In this document: positions 14,586 to 26,475 of the stretch, in pieces
Layout: every line of letters starts with the position of its first letter
How positions within the stretch are numbered: position 1 is the stretch's first letter
Origin: Heptranchias perlo
Taxonomy: Eukaryota
Assembly: GCF_035084215.1 (NCBI RefSeq)
Contig: NC_090332.1
Coordinates: forward strand, 1,922,001 to 1,986,000
Direction: 5' to 3'
DNA: 64,000 nt
Program-made: the position numbers and the translations under genes
The notes under the pieces: generated by a model
Database searches by the model: none
Told to the model about the DNA's origin: nothing
The model's input: only the letters and a program-made list of their open reading frames with translations

Positions 14586-15074
14586 GTGAGTACACTGGTA
14601 GGGAAATAGTGGGGAAATGCACTACTGTAACATGTGGCATGTTACTGAGATATGGACAGTTCGGAAAGGGCCCAGGGCCAAGCTTTGGTCTGTGGCTAGG
14701 CTTGACGGGGGTGGGTGGGGGCTCTAAGAGTTGGCTTTAGCAGTCCTGGGCTATGGTGGGAAAGAAAAATCAGCCGGAGGTCCTGTTCCCGATCGCTGTC
14801 CACAGAGGACTTGCGTGGACACGGAGTGAGGGCAGATTTGGGGCTTGGCTGTGTTAAGTCTCACAGTCAGATGGTGCAGCAATGCACACACACTGGCTCA
14901 GCTCACCCGTGAACAATGGCCACTTGGTCAAGGTACTGTAAGTAAGCCAGCACCCTGATATCGTTCCCCAGCCTGAGTTACCAGATCCCAGATATCCGTG
15001 GGACTGTACCCCAGATTCAGGAGTTACCAGATTCAGGGATGGACAGGAGGAAAAGGGGAAAAGGAGAAGTGAAA

Positions 15075-17085
15075 TAGGAGTGCAGACAGAGAAAGGGACT
15101 GTGGAATGAAAGAGACTGGGCAGAGAGAGAGAGACTGGGACGAGAGAGAGAGTCTGTGGGCAGAGAGAGGGACTGTGGGCAGAGAGAGAGGGTCTGTGGG
15201 CAGAGAGAGAGAGACTGTGGGCGGAGCGAGGGAATGTGGGCAGAGAGAGAGAGACTGTGGGCAGAGAGAGAGACTGTGGAAGAGAGAGAGGGACTGTGGG
15301 CAGAGAGAGAGACTGTGGGCAGAGAGAGAGACTGTGGAAGAGAGAGAGGGACTGTGGGCAGAGAGAGGGACTGTGGGCAGAGAGAGAGACTGTGGGCAGA
15401 GCGAGGGAATGTGGGCAGAGAGAGAGAGACTGTGGGCAGAGAGAGAGACTGTGGGCAGAGAGAGAGGGACTGTGGGCAGAGAGAGGGACTGTGGGCAGAG
15501 AGAGAGAGACTGTGGGCAGAGAGAGAGACTGTGGGCAGAGCGAGGGAATGTGGGCAGAGAGAGAGAGACTGTGGGCAGAGAGAGAGACTGTGGGCAGAGA
15601 GAGAGGGACTGTGGGCAGAGAGAGGGACTGTGGGCAGAGAGAGAGGGACTGTGGGCAGAGAGAGAGACTGTGGGCAGAGAGAGAGACTGTGGGCAGAGAG
15701 AGAGACTGTGGGCGGAGCGAGGGAATGTGGGCAGAGAGAGAGAGACTGTGGGCAGAGAGAGGGACTGTGGAAGAGAGAGAGGGACTGTGGGCAGAGAGAG
15801 AGACTGTGGGCGGAGCGAGGGAATGTGGGCAGAGAGAGAGAGACTGTGGGCAGAGAGAGAGGGACTGTGGGCAGAGAGAGAGGGACTGTGGGCAGAGAGA
15901 GGGACTGTGGGCAGAGAGAGAGAGACTGTGGGCAGAGAGAGGGACTGTGGGCAGAGAGAGGGACTGTGGGCAGAGAGAGAGAGACTGTGGGCAGAGAGAG
16001 AGACTGTGGGCAGAGAGAGAGAGACTGTGGGCAGAGAGAGAGGGACTGTGGGCAGAGAGAGAGGGACTGTGGGCAGAGAGAGGGACTGTGGGCAGAGAGA
16101 GAGACTGTGGGCAGAGAGAGAGGGACTGTGGGCAGAGAGAGAGACTGTGGGCAGAGAGAGAGGGACTGTGGGCAGAGAGAGAGAGACTGTGGGCAGAGAG
16201 AGAGGGACTGTGGGCAGAGAGAGGGACTGTGGGCAGAGAGAGAGAGACTGTGGGCAGAGAGAGAGGGACTGTGGGCAGAGAGAGGGACTGTGGGCAGAGA
16301 GAGAGACTGTGGGCAGAGAGAGAGGGACTGTGGGCAGAGAGAGGGACTGTGGGCAGAGAGAGAGAGACTGTGGGCAGAGAGAGAGGGACTGTGGGCAGAG
16401 AGAGGGACTGTGGGTGGAGAGAGAGACTGTGGGCAGAGAGAGAGAGACTGTGGGCAGAGAGAGGGACTGTGGGCAGAGAGAGGGACTGTGGGTGGAGAGA
16501 GAGACTGTGGGCAGAGAGAGGGACTGTGGGCAGAGAGAGGGACTGTGGGTGGAGAGAGAGACTGTGGGCAGAGCGAGGGAATGTGGGCAGAGAGAGGGAA
16601 TGTGGGCAGAGAGACAGAGAGAGACTGTGGACAGGGAGAGGGACTGTGGGCAGAGAGAGAGACTGTGGGCGGAGCGAGGGAATGTGGGCAGAGAGAGAGA
16701 GACTGTGGGCAGAGAGAGGGACTGTGGGTGGAGAGAGAGACTGTGGGCAGAGAGAGGGAGACTGGGAGGAAAGAGAGAGACTGTGGACAGAGAGAGGGAG
16801 ACTGGGAGGAGAGAGAGAATGTGGGCAGAGAGAGAGACTGGGCAGAGAGAGAGAGACTGTAGACAGAGAGAGAGACTGTAGACAGAGAGAGAGACTGTGG
16901 GCAGAGAAACCGTGTACAGAGAGTGTGTACAGAGAGCGTGTGTACAGAGAGAGCGTATACTGAGAGAGCGTGTGCAGAGAGAGCATGTACAGAGAGCGTG
17001 TGCAGAGAGAGCGTGTACAGAGAGCGTGTACAGAGAGAGCGTGTACAGAGAGCGTGTGCAGAGAGAGCGTGTACAGAGAGAGTAG
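15075..17085. repeat. GA-rich ~19-21-bp minisatellite (GACTGTGGGCAGAGAGAGA[GG])n grading into (GTGTACAGAGAGC)n
   Basis: Direct periodicity with variable GA dinucleotide number. Confidence 0.95.
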
Positions 17086-17119
17086 ATGGTAATGTGGTGT
17101 TTACTTTGAGCTCAACCAA

Positions 17120-17600
17120 ACTCTGCTGCCAGTATCGTAACCCGCACCAAGTCCCGTTCACCCATCATCTTTGTGCTCGCTGACCTACATTGGCTCCTGA
17201 TCCAGGAACAACTCGATTTTAAAATTTTCATCCTTGTTTTCAAATCTCTCCATGGCTTCGCCCCTCCCTATCTCTGTAATCTCCGACAACCTTCCGAGAT
17301 CTCTGCGCTCCTCCAATTCTGGCCTCTTGCGCATCCACCATTTTCATCACTCCACCATTGGCGGCCGTGCCTTCAGCAGTCTGGGCCCCTAAGCCCTGGA
17401 TTTCCCTCCCTCAACCTCTCCGCCTCTCTCTCCCCCTTTAAGATACTTCTTAAAACTTACTTCTTTGACCAAACTTTTGGTCACCTGTCCTAATATCTCC
17501 TTTTGTGGCTCTTGACAAATTTTGTTTGATAACGCTGCTGGGAAGTGCCTGGGGCATTTTACTACGTTAAAGGCACTGTATAAATGCAAGTAGTTATTGC
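17120..17600 (+). mobile_element. L2-type LINE 3' end remnant
   Basis: LADLHWLLIQEQLDFKIFILVFKSLHGFAPPYL and a ...AAAGGCACTGTATAAATGCAAG tail. Confidence 0.75.
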
Positions 17601-17603
17601 TTT

Positions 17604-17725
17604 GTTACTGGACTAATAATCCAGAGAACGTGAATTCAAATCCCACCATGGGCAGTTTGAGAATTTGAATTCAATTTAAAAATCTGGTATCAGTAAAAGT
17701 GACCATGAGCTGTCGGATTGTCGTT
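17604..17725 (+). mobile_element. Fragment of the tRNA-derived head shared with 38498-38903 and 42700-46012
   Basis: GTTACTGGACTAATAATCCAGAG...TTCAAATCCCACCATGG...TATCAGTAA...CCATGA...GGATTGTCG aligns to 42722-42880. Confidence 0.65.
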
Positions 17726-18117
17726 TGGTAAGGCAGCCAATTTTCATTCCGACCTTTTCCCCCAAAGCCCTTGTTTGGTAATATCTTACGGACAGTGCGC
17801 ACTTTGTGAAAAGCAGAGAGCGCTGAGATCATGTGACGCTAGACATGGAGACAGGCAGCTCCTGACACTTTCCATGTGTAAAGACAGGATACTCCTGTCC
17901 GTCACTATTAATCGCCCAGTTAGACCACGCTTTCACATCGAGCAGGGGTCTCTGCAGAAGGAGTGTTATCACTGGGACGGGCTGCCTTCAGCCACAGAAA
18001 TCTGTAAACGTTATACCATCGGACAGTCGTACTGGGGTGACATTCCACTGTGTTAATTTGCGACTATTTATTTTCCATCCCCCAGGGTAGCAGCAGCCGC
18101 TCCTGAATAAAGATTAT

Positions 18118-21100
18118 GGGCTCGATTTCCGCACCCCTGATCGGGTGCGTTTGTGGCTGGGGGGCTACGAAAATTGGGGATTCCCAACTCGCCCACTTCC
18201 GGGTTCCCCAGTGACGCGCTGACAAACGTGCGCAGCCCCCGCATGTGAGACTCCCGCCGGTAATTAATGCTGGCGGGGTGCCTCTTAAAGTATTTATTTA
18301 GGTATTTCAGGTTGTCTGGAGACCTGGGGCTCAATTTTACCACCCGCTATCGGGTGCGTTTCCCGCGGGGGGGCTCCGAAAATCGGAGAATCCCGGCCCG
18401 GTAGCGGAGCCCCCCCCCCAGAACCCGCGCACTTCCGGGTTCCCCGCTGACGCGCTGGCGTGCGCGCGCAGCCCCCGCTGGTGGGAATCCCGCAGGCAAT
18501 TAAAGCCAGCAGGATGCCACTTGACAATATTTAGTTAGGTATTTCAGGTCATTAACTGACCTGATTAAGGGACTATGTGGGATTTTAGAACAAAATGGGA
18601 ATGTTTCCCACACTGGGGGAAACACTCCCAGCTCGAATGGACGTGTTGCAGCTGTCAGCCTGTAGCAGCTGCAAAGGTCCATTTGACAGGTGGGGTGGGG
18701 AGACCCTCACCCATTGCAGGAGGCCGCTCCGTCACTTGGGACAAAGTTTGGCCCCCACCACCCTCCTCCTGACAGTCAAAGTCACCAACTTGCACACTTA
18801 CCCCGGGGTCCGGAGACATGTACCTACCTTGCGGACCCCCTCAGATGTACATCTTGCGGATGGGGGCCGCCGTAGCTGCAGTCATGACCTCCTCGGAGGG
18901 CGAACAGCATCACCAGCCTCACCAGCCTCGCCGGCCACCTCTGACACGTGGAGCTCCACAACACAGTGCTGTGACACATCCACCTGTACAGCAGGAGGGA
19001 GGGCAACCGCAGAGAGAGATGCGTCGCAGATGGCACTACCCTCGCCACAGATCCCACGGACCGAGGCTCAGCCTCCTGGACCTCTCTGAGCAGCACTGCA
19101 CACGGAGGCTCAGAGTCACTCGACATGTAGCCGTGGACATCTGCAGCCTCTTTCATGCCAAGCTGCTCCCGGCTGGCCCGAGCACCATCTTCTTACCTGT
19201 CGCTGTCAAATTCACCACTGCCCTCAACAACTTCTCCTCCGCATCCTTCCAGGGTGCCACCAGGGACATCGCCGACGTCTCTCAGTCATCTGCACAAAAG
19301 AGCCCAGCAAATACACCTACACCCACTCTGCAGTGACACAATGGGTGGCATCAGTTGTGGGTCTTCATAGTGATCCTCAGGAAAGGGCATTATTGCACAA
19401 ACCAGACAAGATTCGCGAAGACATGGCAGTAGTGGTGACAATATAATATGTAATGTGAGTTGGCTGCAGCACAGGTAGTGGCAGGTTGAATAAGGCTGAC
19501 CGTGAAAGAGATGCATGAGAGGGTGAGTATGAGATAGAGCCATGAGATTGTATGAGGATTGGGTTGCGTGGTAGTGGTGGGATGAGTACTGGCGAGGTGA
19601 GTAAGTGCAGGTGAGATGAGGATGAGCTTTGAGTGGGTGTGAGGAGTGATGTGATAGAGTAGTGTTGGCAGTGCAGAAGGAGATGTGGGGTGTAGGGGGT
19701 GGTGGTGTGTGTCAGCTTCACCTCTGACTTCTGAGCGGTTCGAATCGCTCCCACTCCCTTGATTCTGGACCTTGGACTTATTTGGGGGTTGTGACAAAAG
19801 TGCAGCAGCCAACTGGTTTTGGTGCAAGAAACTTTGATCTTTATTCAAGAGAGGAAATACAACACAACAATCTTAACACTCTAATAAAATGGGGAACACT
19901 TCGGTACACACGAGGGAAATTACAGTAGAAAGATACCTCACCCCTCCCAATCCCACTATACTAGCTGAGTTGGGCTCTAAAGGACCAGAGATAATGCTCA
20001 CCAAACGAATGGTGAGCTGGTTCGCGATTTCGGGGTTCGCTGTATGTGTTGGTTGGTGTTTGCCGTACTCCGGACGTGGTAGAGGACTTCAACTGTGTAG
20101 CTGGTCAGTCTTCGCGAGTCCGCTGATGCGGTAGGGTGTGTCTTGGATCTATCGGGTGAGTACCCACTTTTCTTCGTAAAGTGATAGGATTTAAAGTCTT
20201 TTGAGTAGAAACTCACCCAGGGGTAAGTCAGGAATAGATTGTAGAGTGGAAACTTTGCGGATCTTCGGTTTTCTCCCCAGTTGGTTTTCTTTGGTCGTGG
20301 TAGCCCAATATTACCTGGTTGGTTGGTGGTAATATTCGATTGGTTGTTTCGTAAGGCCCTTGTTGCCGCGAGGTGTCCGATGGTCACTGGGGCTGTTGCT
20401 CTGGTTTCTTCTTGTGTGTCGGCCTGCTTCTTGAGCTGCTGACCTTCTCTGTTGAACTTCTTTCTGTTGCCCCCTCGCCTGGTTGAACTGTTGTCTCCCG
20501 AGCTGTCGAACTCCTGTCTGAAAATTGATCTTCTTGAGAAAATGGGCCTTCAATTATACTAATTGAAGCCTCCTTATCTGCGCGCCAAATCTGACCCGGT
20601 TTATTGTAAGATTTTGGCTGGCTCGTTAAGAGTAACTTGTTTATGAAATGTGTGAAGTGGTTTCGGGTTGGTTTCATGAGTTGTTGAGCTCTTGCTTGAT
20701 TGTAGTCATTGTGCTCAGGTTTCAAGTTTCCTGACTGGGCCTGAGATTTCCATGGAGTGGGTTGATTGAATTTGTTTCATGCATGTTTTGGATGGGTCCT
20801 GTAATTTGGGTGGGGACTGCTCTTCTGTGGGTCTATTGTCTGAATGTAAATGTCTGGTAGGGGCTGAGTGAGGTCACACAGTTCCCCAGACAGTTTGATT
20901 AACTCCAATACTCAAACCGTCTATTACGGATTGATCCCAACTCCTGTTGCAGCCTTTTTCCCCTTTACAAGCCCAAACATGCCTTTTTAGAATACCAAAT
21001 CTTGTTTTTTGACCTTGAATCACCCTCTGTTAGGCCCAATATTTCATCACCCTGAAATGGTTAGAAAAGAGTCTAAAGTTCTTTTCTTTAGGGTTTTCCT

Positions 21101-21684
21101 ACGAGTTTTGGGGGATCTGTGAATTTTGAGAATCTTACAGGGGTGGGGGCAGTGATGTGGTCGACGGAGTGTAGGGGAATGAGTAAGTGTACTCACTTCG
21201 GCTGACCTACTGAGGTCATTGAAGCGCCTCCTGCACTGTATGCAGGTGCGCGATATGTTGGTGGTGCAGGTGACCTCCTCTGCCACCTCGAGCCAGGCTT
21301 TCTTGGTGGCAGAGGCAGGCCACTTCCTCCCGCCCGCCGGGGGGAATATCTCTGTCCTCCCCCTCCTCCTCACCCCATCCAATAAGACCTGGAGTGAGGC
21401 ATCATTAAACCTGGGAGCAGCCTTTCCCCTGGGCTGCTCCATGCTGTACTTTTGCCTATTTTCTGCAGCATCAGTCAGTGGAGGACTGCCCCTTTAAATA
21501 GGGCTCCTCCAGCTGACAGTGCCCGTCCACTGCGCAGCTTACCAGCGGGAAACCCGGAAGCCAAGGTAAGTGGCTCCAATTAGCCTGCGATTCCATGCGG
21601 AGCACACTGATTTCACTGGGCGCGTTCCCCATGCGCCCAGTCAACCTCCCACTGCGAACCTGCTGCCCTGCTAATATTGGGCCC
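18118..21684. mobile_element. Decayed PIF/Harbinger DNA transposon with convergent transposase (+, ~18818-19336) and Myb/SANT-like (-, ~21200-21442) remnants
   Basis: HARBI1-like LSEQHCTRRLR...LPVAVKFTTALNNFSSASFQ...VSQS; Myb-like PRFNDASLQVLL...AWLEVAEEV...QCRRRFNDL; imperfect GGGC(T/C)C.AT TIRs; 3-bp TAT TSD at 18115-17 and 21685-87. Confidence 0.8.
19710..21139 (-). mobile_element. Probable solo LTR inserted in the Harbinger element
   Basis: TG...CA termini with an 8/10 inverted repeat (TGTCAGCTTC / TGTAAGATTC); - strand AATAAA ~130 bp from the 3' end; no clean TSD found. Confidence 0.4.
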
Positions 21685-21911
21685 TATAAATCATAGCTGC
21701 AGCTAAAGAGATGTTCATCCCTTTCTAATCTGTCGCCTGGAATTTCCGCGGGGATTCTCTGGCGGGACGTCAGCAGAATCGGGGAGAATCCCGTGAATAT
21801 TCAAGGCTTCTAATCTGACACGGAGAGAGATCGTAAAAGTTGTTAAGTTACTGCCTTACCATTTGTTGTTTTTGTTCCGTGATTTCATGCTGTAAATGTT
21901 TACCTTTCTAG

Positions 21912-22253
21912 GGGCAGTGAATGACCCGATCCTTATTCAATCACCCCCAGTTATTACTGTGGTGAAGGGGCTGACTGTGCAGCTGTGGTGTGCCATGTAT
22001 GATGCCTGTGTGAGTACAACCAATGTACACTGGTACCAGCAGAGGCCTGGGACAAAGTCCACATGGGTGATAAGTTTACAACCCACCCCTATTTGGAAAA
22101 GAGGTTTCCCTCATCGATTTTGGCCTTCCAGAGAAGTCGCCAGGAACATATACCTTCTGACCATCAGAGACGTGCAGCCCAGTGACACCGCTCTCTATAC
22201 CTGCAGTGTGTGGGGCCGTGTCTCTGGAGCAGGAACTCGGCTGAATGTAACCA
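21912..22253 (+). CDS. VJ-VJ receptor exon 2: Ig V-set domain 1 with germline-joined J-like G strand
   Basis: TTTCTAG| acceptor, |GTAAGT donor, 342 nt, phase 1-1; IQSP, QLWC, VHWYQQRPG, LTIRDVQPSDTALYTC, SVWGRVSGAGTRLNVT. Confidence 0.93.
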
Positions 22254-23041
22254 GTAAGTAAATGTTAGCTCACACTCACAGTAACAATAATGAACGGTGT
22301 TTCTGGATATTCAAATAAAAAGCACAGACTATTGGATTGGATCTTAACACAGGAACTGTGTATTGGGACGAGCTGGGTTTGGCTAAATGCCCTTTCTTGT
22401 TACTAATTCTTTTGTCATCTTTGCCAGGGAAGCTCCTAGTCTATATTAGAAACTTTTAATTTGAGATACGCAAGAAATAAGGTCCCTGATGGCTGACTGG
22501 GTAAATGCATTTCTTGCTGTGGTACTGAGCCCCACTAAGGGCTAAGTACAATTCTTGGTCTCTGAGTCAGCTGATCTCACCCAGTATGATTCTGAGTCTT
22601 ACCACGAGGAAAGGCCAAGGTACAACCCCAGGTCTATGATGAGGTAGAGGATCTCCCTCAGTGTATTAAAGCAGGAAAGGCCGAGGTACAGTCACTCGTT
22701 TGTTCTACGTTATTCAGTGCTCCTTTGTGTAAAGACCATCTGTTTTCTTCCTGATCTTTTCTAGGAACATAGGAACAGGAGTAGGCCATTCAGCCTCTCG
22801 TGCCTGCTCCACCATTTGATAAGATCATGGCTGATCTGCAGTCCCACCTTTAAAGAGATCTATGGTCCAGGAATTCAGGCATGGGGAGGAGGGGGGGTGC
22901 AGTGCAGATATTGTTTTGTCTGAATCAGTAATAAACTAACCCCAGTGCTTCAGTATGGTCATCTGTTCTCTCTTGTTAAACCCTATCCCGTGCTTCCTAT
23001 GCTGATCCTTCAGATTGCTTATGTTTTTTCCTAATGTGCAG

Positions 23042-23380
23042 GTGCTCCCGTTATTATCCAGTCTCCGAGCCTGGAACGTGTCACAGAGGGTCAGACAGCC
23101 CGGTTACAGTGCACCATACAGAAGGCCACAGTGAGAGACACCGATGTCCACTGGTACCGGCAACTACCAGGGCAAGATATGGAGTGGGTTTTAACACACG
23201 ATGTAATGAACAACACACGAGGGGGCCCAGGGTTCACTGACCGTTTCCAGCCTTCCAGAGACATCGCCAATAACAGCTTCATTCTGACAATCACAAACGT
23301 GCAGCCCAGTGACACTGCCGTCTATTACTGTAAAGTGTGGGGAGATATCAGTGGGAATGGAACCCAGCTCAATATAACCA
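23042..23380 (+). CDS. VJ-VJ receptor exon 3: Ig V-set domain 2 with germline-joined J-like G strand
   Basis: TGCAG| acceptor, |GTAAGT donor, 339 nt, phase 1-1; IQSPSLERVTEGQTARLQC, VHWYRQLPG, LTITNVQPSDTAVYYC, KVWGDISGNGTQLNIT. Confidence 0.95.
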
Positions 23381-23703
23381 GTAAGTACAATTTACAATAT
23401 ATTAGTTTAAATTACTATATATGCAGTTAGAATATGCCATGTTCTGTTCTAAAGTTATATAAAAGTGAAAAGGATATAAAATACCAAAAGAGCTCAGACT
23501 TTTCAAAAAATGGACCTTACAAAAAGCGGTGATATAAAATGAGAATCTGGACTTTGTTTCACCGTTACTGTTTGGAGGAAATGTGGGTACCCAGCATCCC
23601 GTGCCCTCTCTGTCCTGCTGTGATATATCTGAAAGTATTGGTTCAGTTTACTTTCTCTGTCCCTTTAAATATCTTATATACCCTTGTGAGATAAAGTTGA
23701 ACA

Positions 23704-23814
23704 CGGACCAAATGCTGGAATATGGGATTAGAGTAGACAGGGCTTGATGGCCGGCGCGGACACGATGGGCCGAAGGGCCTCTATCCGTGCTGTATAACTC
23801 TATGACTCTATGAC
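23704..23814 (+). mobile_element. Very short 3' tail of the young CR1 family at 55697-59085 (another copy at ~39666-39754)
   Basis: Near-identical to 58978-59088 including the (ACTCTATG)n tail. Confidence 0.85.
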
Positions 23815-24203
23815 CTCAGATTTCTATAAAGTCGGAGGGTTGGGGGCAGAGTTGGAGTTGGGTTTCGAGCAGGAAGTGACGGAATTTGGTGGGAGGACCA
23901 AAGATATGATAGAAGACATTTGTTTTAGGAGCCAAGGAGAGAGTGCGGACTATGATACGTGAGTGAAAAGGAATTCTAAACGTGGGTGGGCTGAGCCTGT
24001 GGAGGGATTTAATGAGGAGAAAGATGTTCAAATGGAAGGCAAGATGAGCCAGTAGTGAGACTGGGGGTTGACGAGTTTATGGGACTCTGTGTGGGAGAGG
24101 ACTCGGGCTGCACAGTCTGAATTAGCAGAAGCTTGTGAATGGTAGAGGACAATGAGGAAAATATTTTGGTAATTGATCATTAAAAGATGCTCTTGTGGAT
24201 TCA

Positions 24204-24297
24204 GAGGGGCTGTTCTGGATTAGGAGGGGCTGTTCTGGATTAGGAGGGGCTGTTCTGGATTAGGAGGGGCTGTTCTGGATTAGGAGGGGCTGTTCTG
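24204..24297. repeat. 20-bp minisatellite (AGGGGCTGTTCTGGATTAGG)n, left half of an array split by a nested TE cluster
   Basis: Related unit resumes at 31506-31620. Confidence 0.85.
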
Positions 24298-24461
24298 ACA
24301 TAGAAACATAGAAAATAGGAGCAGGAATAGGCCATTCGGCCCTTCGAGCCTGCTCCGCCATTCAATATGATCATGATGTGGAGATGCCGGTGATGGACTG
24401 GGGTTGACAATTGTAAACAATTTTACAACACCAAGTTATAGTCCAACAATTTTATTTTGAA

Positions 24462-24502
24462 ATCCACAAGCTTTCGGAGGCTTCCTCCTTCCTCAGGTGA
24501 AT
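24462..24502 (-). ncRNA. Minimal type-I hammerhead ribozyme in Penelope pLTR (left arm)
   Basis: Reverse complement of the motif at 26435-26475. Confidence 0.75.
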
Positions 24503-26434
24503 GTGGAACTGAAATCCTCGAACCTTTCGCATTTATAAATCACAGAACAATGCCTGGTGATTACAGAGAGTCTTTTCAACTGCCCGTTGCCAAGGCAACC
24601 AAAGTGTTCAGACAGATAGGTGTTACCTACAGGGCCACCGAATATACAAACGGCCAGAACAAAAAAAACAGAGAGAGAGGCAGAAACATAGAAACATCCG
24701 GAAGGAAAAGACAGCAATTGACCCGTTATATTAAAAACAGATAACATTTGTTCGCTGGTGGGGTAACGTGTAGCGTGACATGAACCCAAGATCCCGGTTG
24801 AGGCCGTCCTCATGGGTGCGGAACTTGGCTATCAATTTCTGCTCGACGATTTTGCGTTGTCGTGTGTCTCGAAAGCCGCCTTGGAGTACGCTTACCCGAA
24901 GGTCGGTGGCTGAATGTCCTTGACTGCTGAAGTGTTCTCCGACTGGGAGGGAACCCTCCTGTCTGGCGATTGTTGCGCGGTGTCCGTTCATCCGTTGTCG
25001 CAGCGTCTGCATGGTCTCGCCAATGTACCATGCTCTGGGGCATCCTTTCCTGCAACGTATGAGGTAGACAACGTTGGCCGAGTCACAGGAGTATGAACCA
25101 TGCACCTGGTGGGTGGTGTCCTCTCGTGTGATGGTGGTACCTGTGTCGATGATCTGGCATGTCTTGCAGAGGTTACCGTGGCAGGGTTGTGTGGTGTCGT
25201 GGACGCTGTTCTCCTGAAAGCTGGGTAATTTGCTGCGAACGATGGTCTGTTTGAGGTTGGGTGGCTGTTTAAAGGCGAGTAGTGGAGGCGTGGGGATGGC
25301 CTTAGCGAGGTGTTCGTCGTCATCGATGACATGTCGAAGGCTGCGAAGAACATGGTGTAGTTTCTCCGCTCCGGGGAAGTACTGGACGACGAAGGGTACT
25401 CTGTTGGTTGTGTCCCGTGTTAGTCTTCTGAGGAGGTCTATGCGATTTTCCGCTGTGGCCCGTCGGAACTGTCGATCGATGAGTCGAGCGTCATATCCTG
25501 GGAGAGTACCCTTCGTCGTCCAGTACTTCCCCGGAGCGGAGAAACTACGCCATGTTCTTCGCAGCCTTCAACATGTCATCAATGACGACGAACACCTCGC
25601 TATGGCCATCCCCACACCTCCACTACTCGCCTTTAAACAGCCACCCAACCTCAAACAGACCATCGTTCGCAGCAAATTACCCAGCTTTCAGGAGAACAGC
25701 ATCCACGACACCACACAACCCTGCCACGGTAACCTCTGCAAGACATGCCAGATCATCGACACAGATACCACCATCACACGAGAGGACACCACCCACCAGG
25801 TGCATGGTTCATACTCCTGTGACTCGGCCAACGTTGTCTACCTCATACGTTGCAGGAAAGGATGCCCCAGAGCATGGTACATTGGCGAGACCATGCAAAC
25901 GCTGCGACAACGGATGAACGGACACCGCGCAACAATCGCCAGACAGGAGGGTTCCCTCCCAGTCGGAGAACACTTCAGCAGTCAAGGACATTCAGCCACC
26001 GACCTTCGGGTAAGCGTACTCCAAGGTGGCCTTCGAGACACTCGACAACGCAAAATCGTCGAGCAGAAATTGATAGCCAAGTTCCGCACCCATGAGGACG
26101 GCCTCAACCGGGATCTTGGGTTCATGTCACGCTACACGTTACCCCACCAGCGAACAAATGTTATCTGTTTTTAATATAACGGGTCAATTGCTGTCTTTTC
26201 CTTCCGGATGTTTCGATGTTTCTACCTCTCTCGCTCTGTTTTTTTAATTGGCATCTCCACATCATCTGTTTTTTTAGTTCTGGCCGTTTGTATATTCGGT
26301 GGCCCTGTAGGTAACACCTATCTGTCTGAACACTTTGGTTGCCTTGGCAACGGGCAGTTGAAAAGACTCTCTGTAATCACCAGGCATTGTTCTGTGATTT
26401 ATAAATGCGATAGGTTCGAGGATTTCAGTTCCAC

Positions 26435-26475
26435 ATTCACCTGAGGAAGGAGGAAGCCTCCGAAAGCTTGTGGAT
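26435..26475 (+). ncRNA. Minimal type-I hammerhead ribozyme in Penelope pLTR (right arm)
   Basis: AUUCAC-CUGAGGA-A-GGAGG(AAG)CCUCC-GAAA-GCUU-GUGGAU: stem I, core boxes, stem II, palindromic minimal stem III. Confidence 0.75.

Noticed and set aside
14854-17183. 500-700-aa Arg/Glu- or Ser/Leu-rich ORFs
   Set aside because: Translations of a GA-rich minisatellite
21912-23380. Rearranging Ig light-chain/TCR V segments or germline-joined IgL cluster
   Set aside because: No C1 exon; two VJ exons splice to a TM and ITIM tail; CACAGTA (~22277) and CACAGTG (~23127) have no nonamer at 12/23 spacing
25230-26174. 314-aa ORF as a genuine fusion protein
   Set aside because: The N-terminal ~90 aa is the antisense of the left Penelope arm read through the inversion junction
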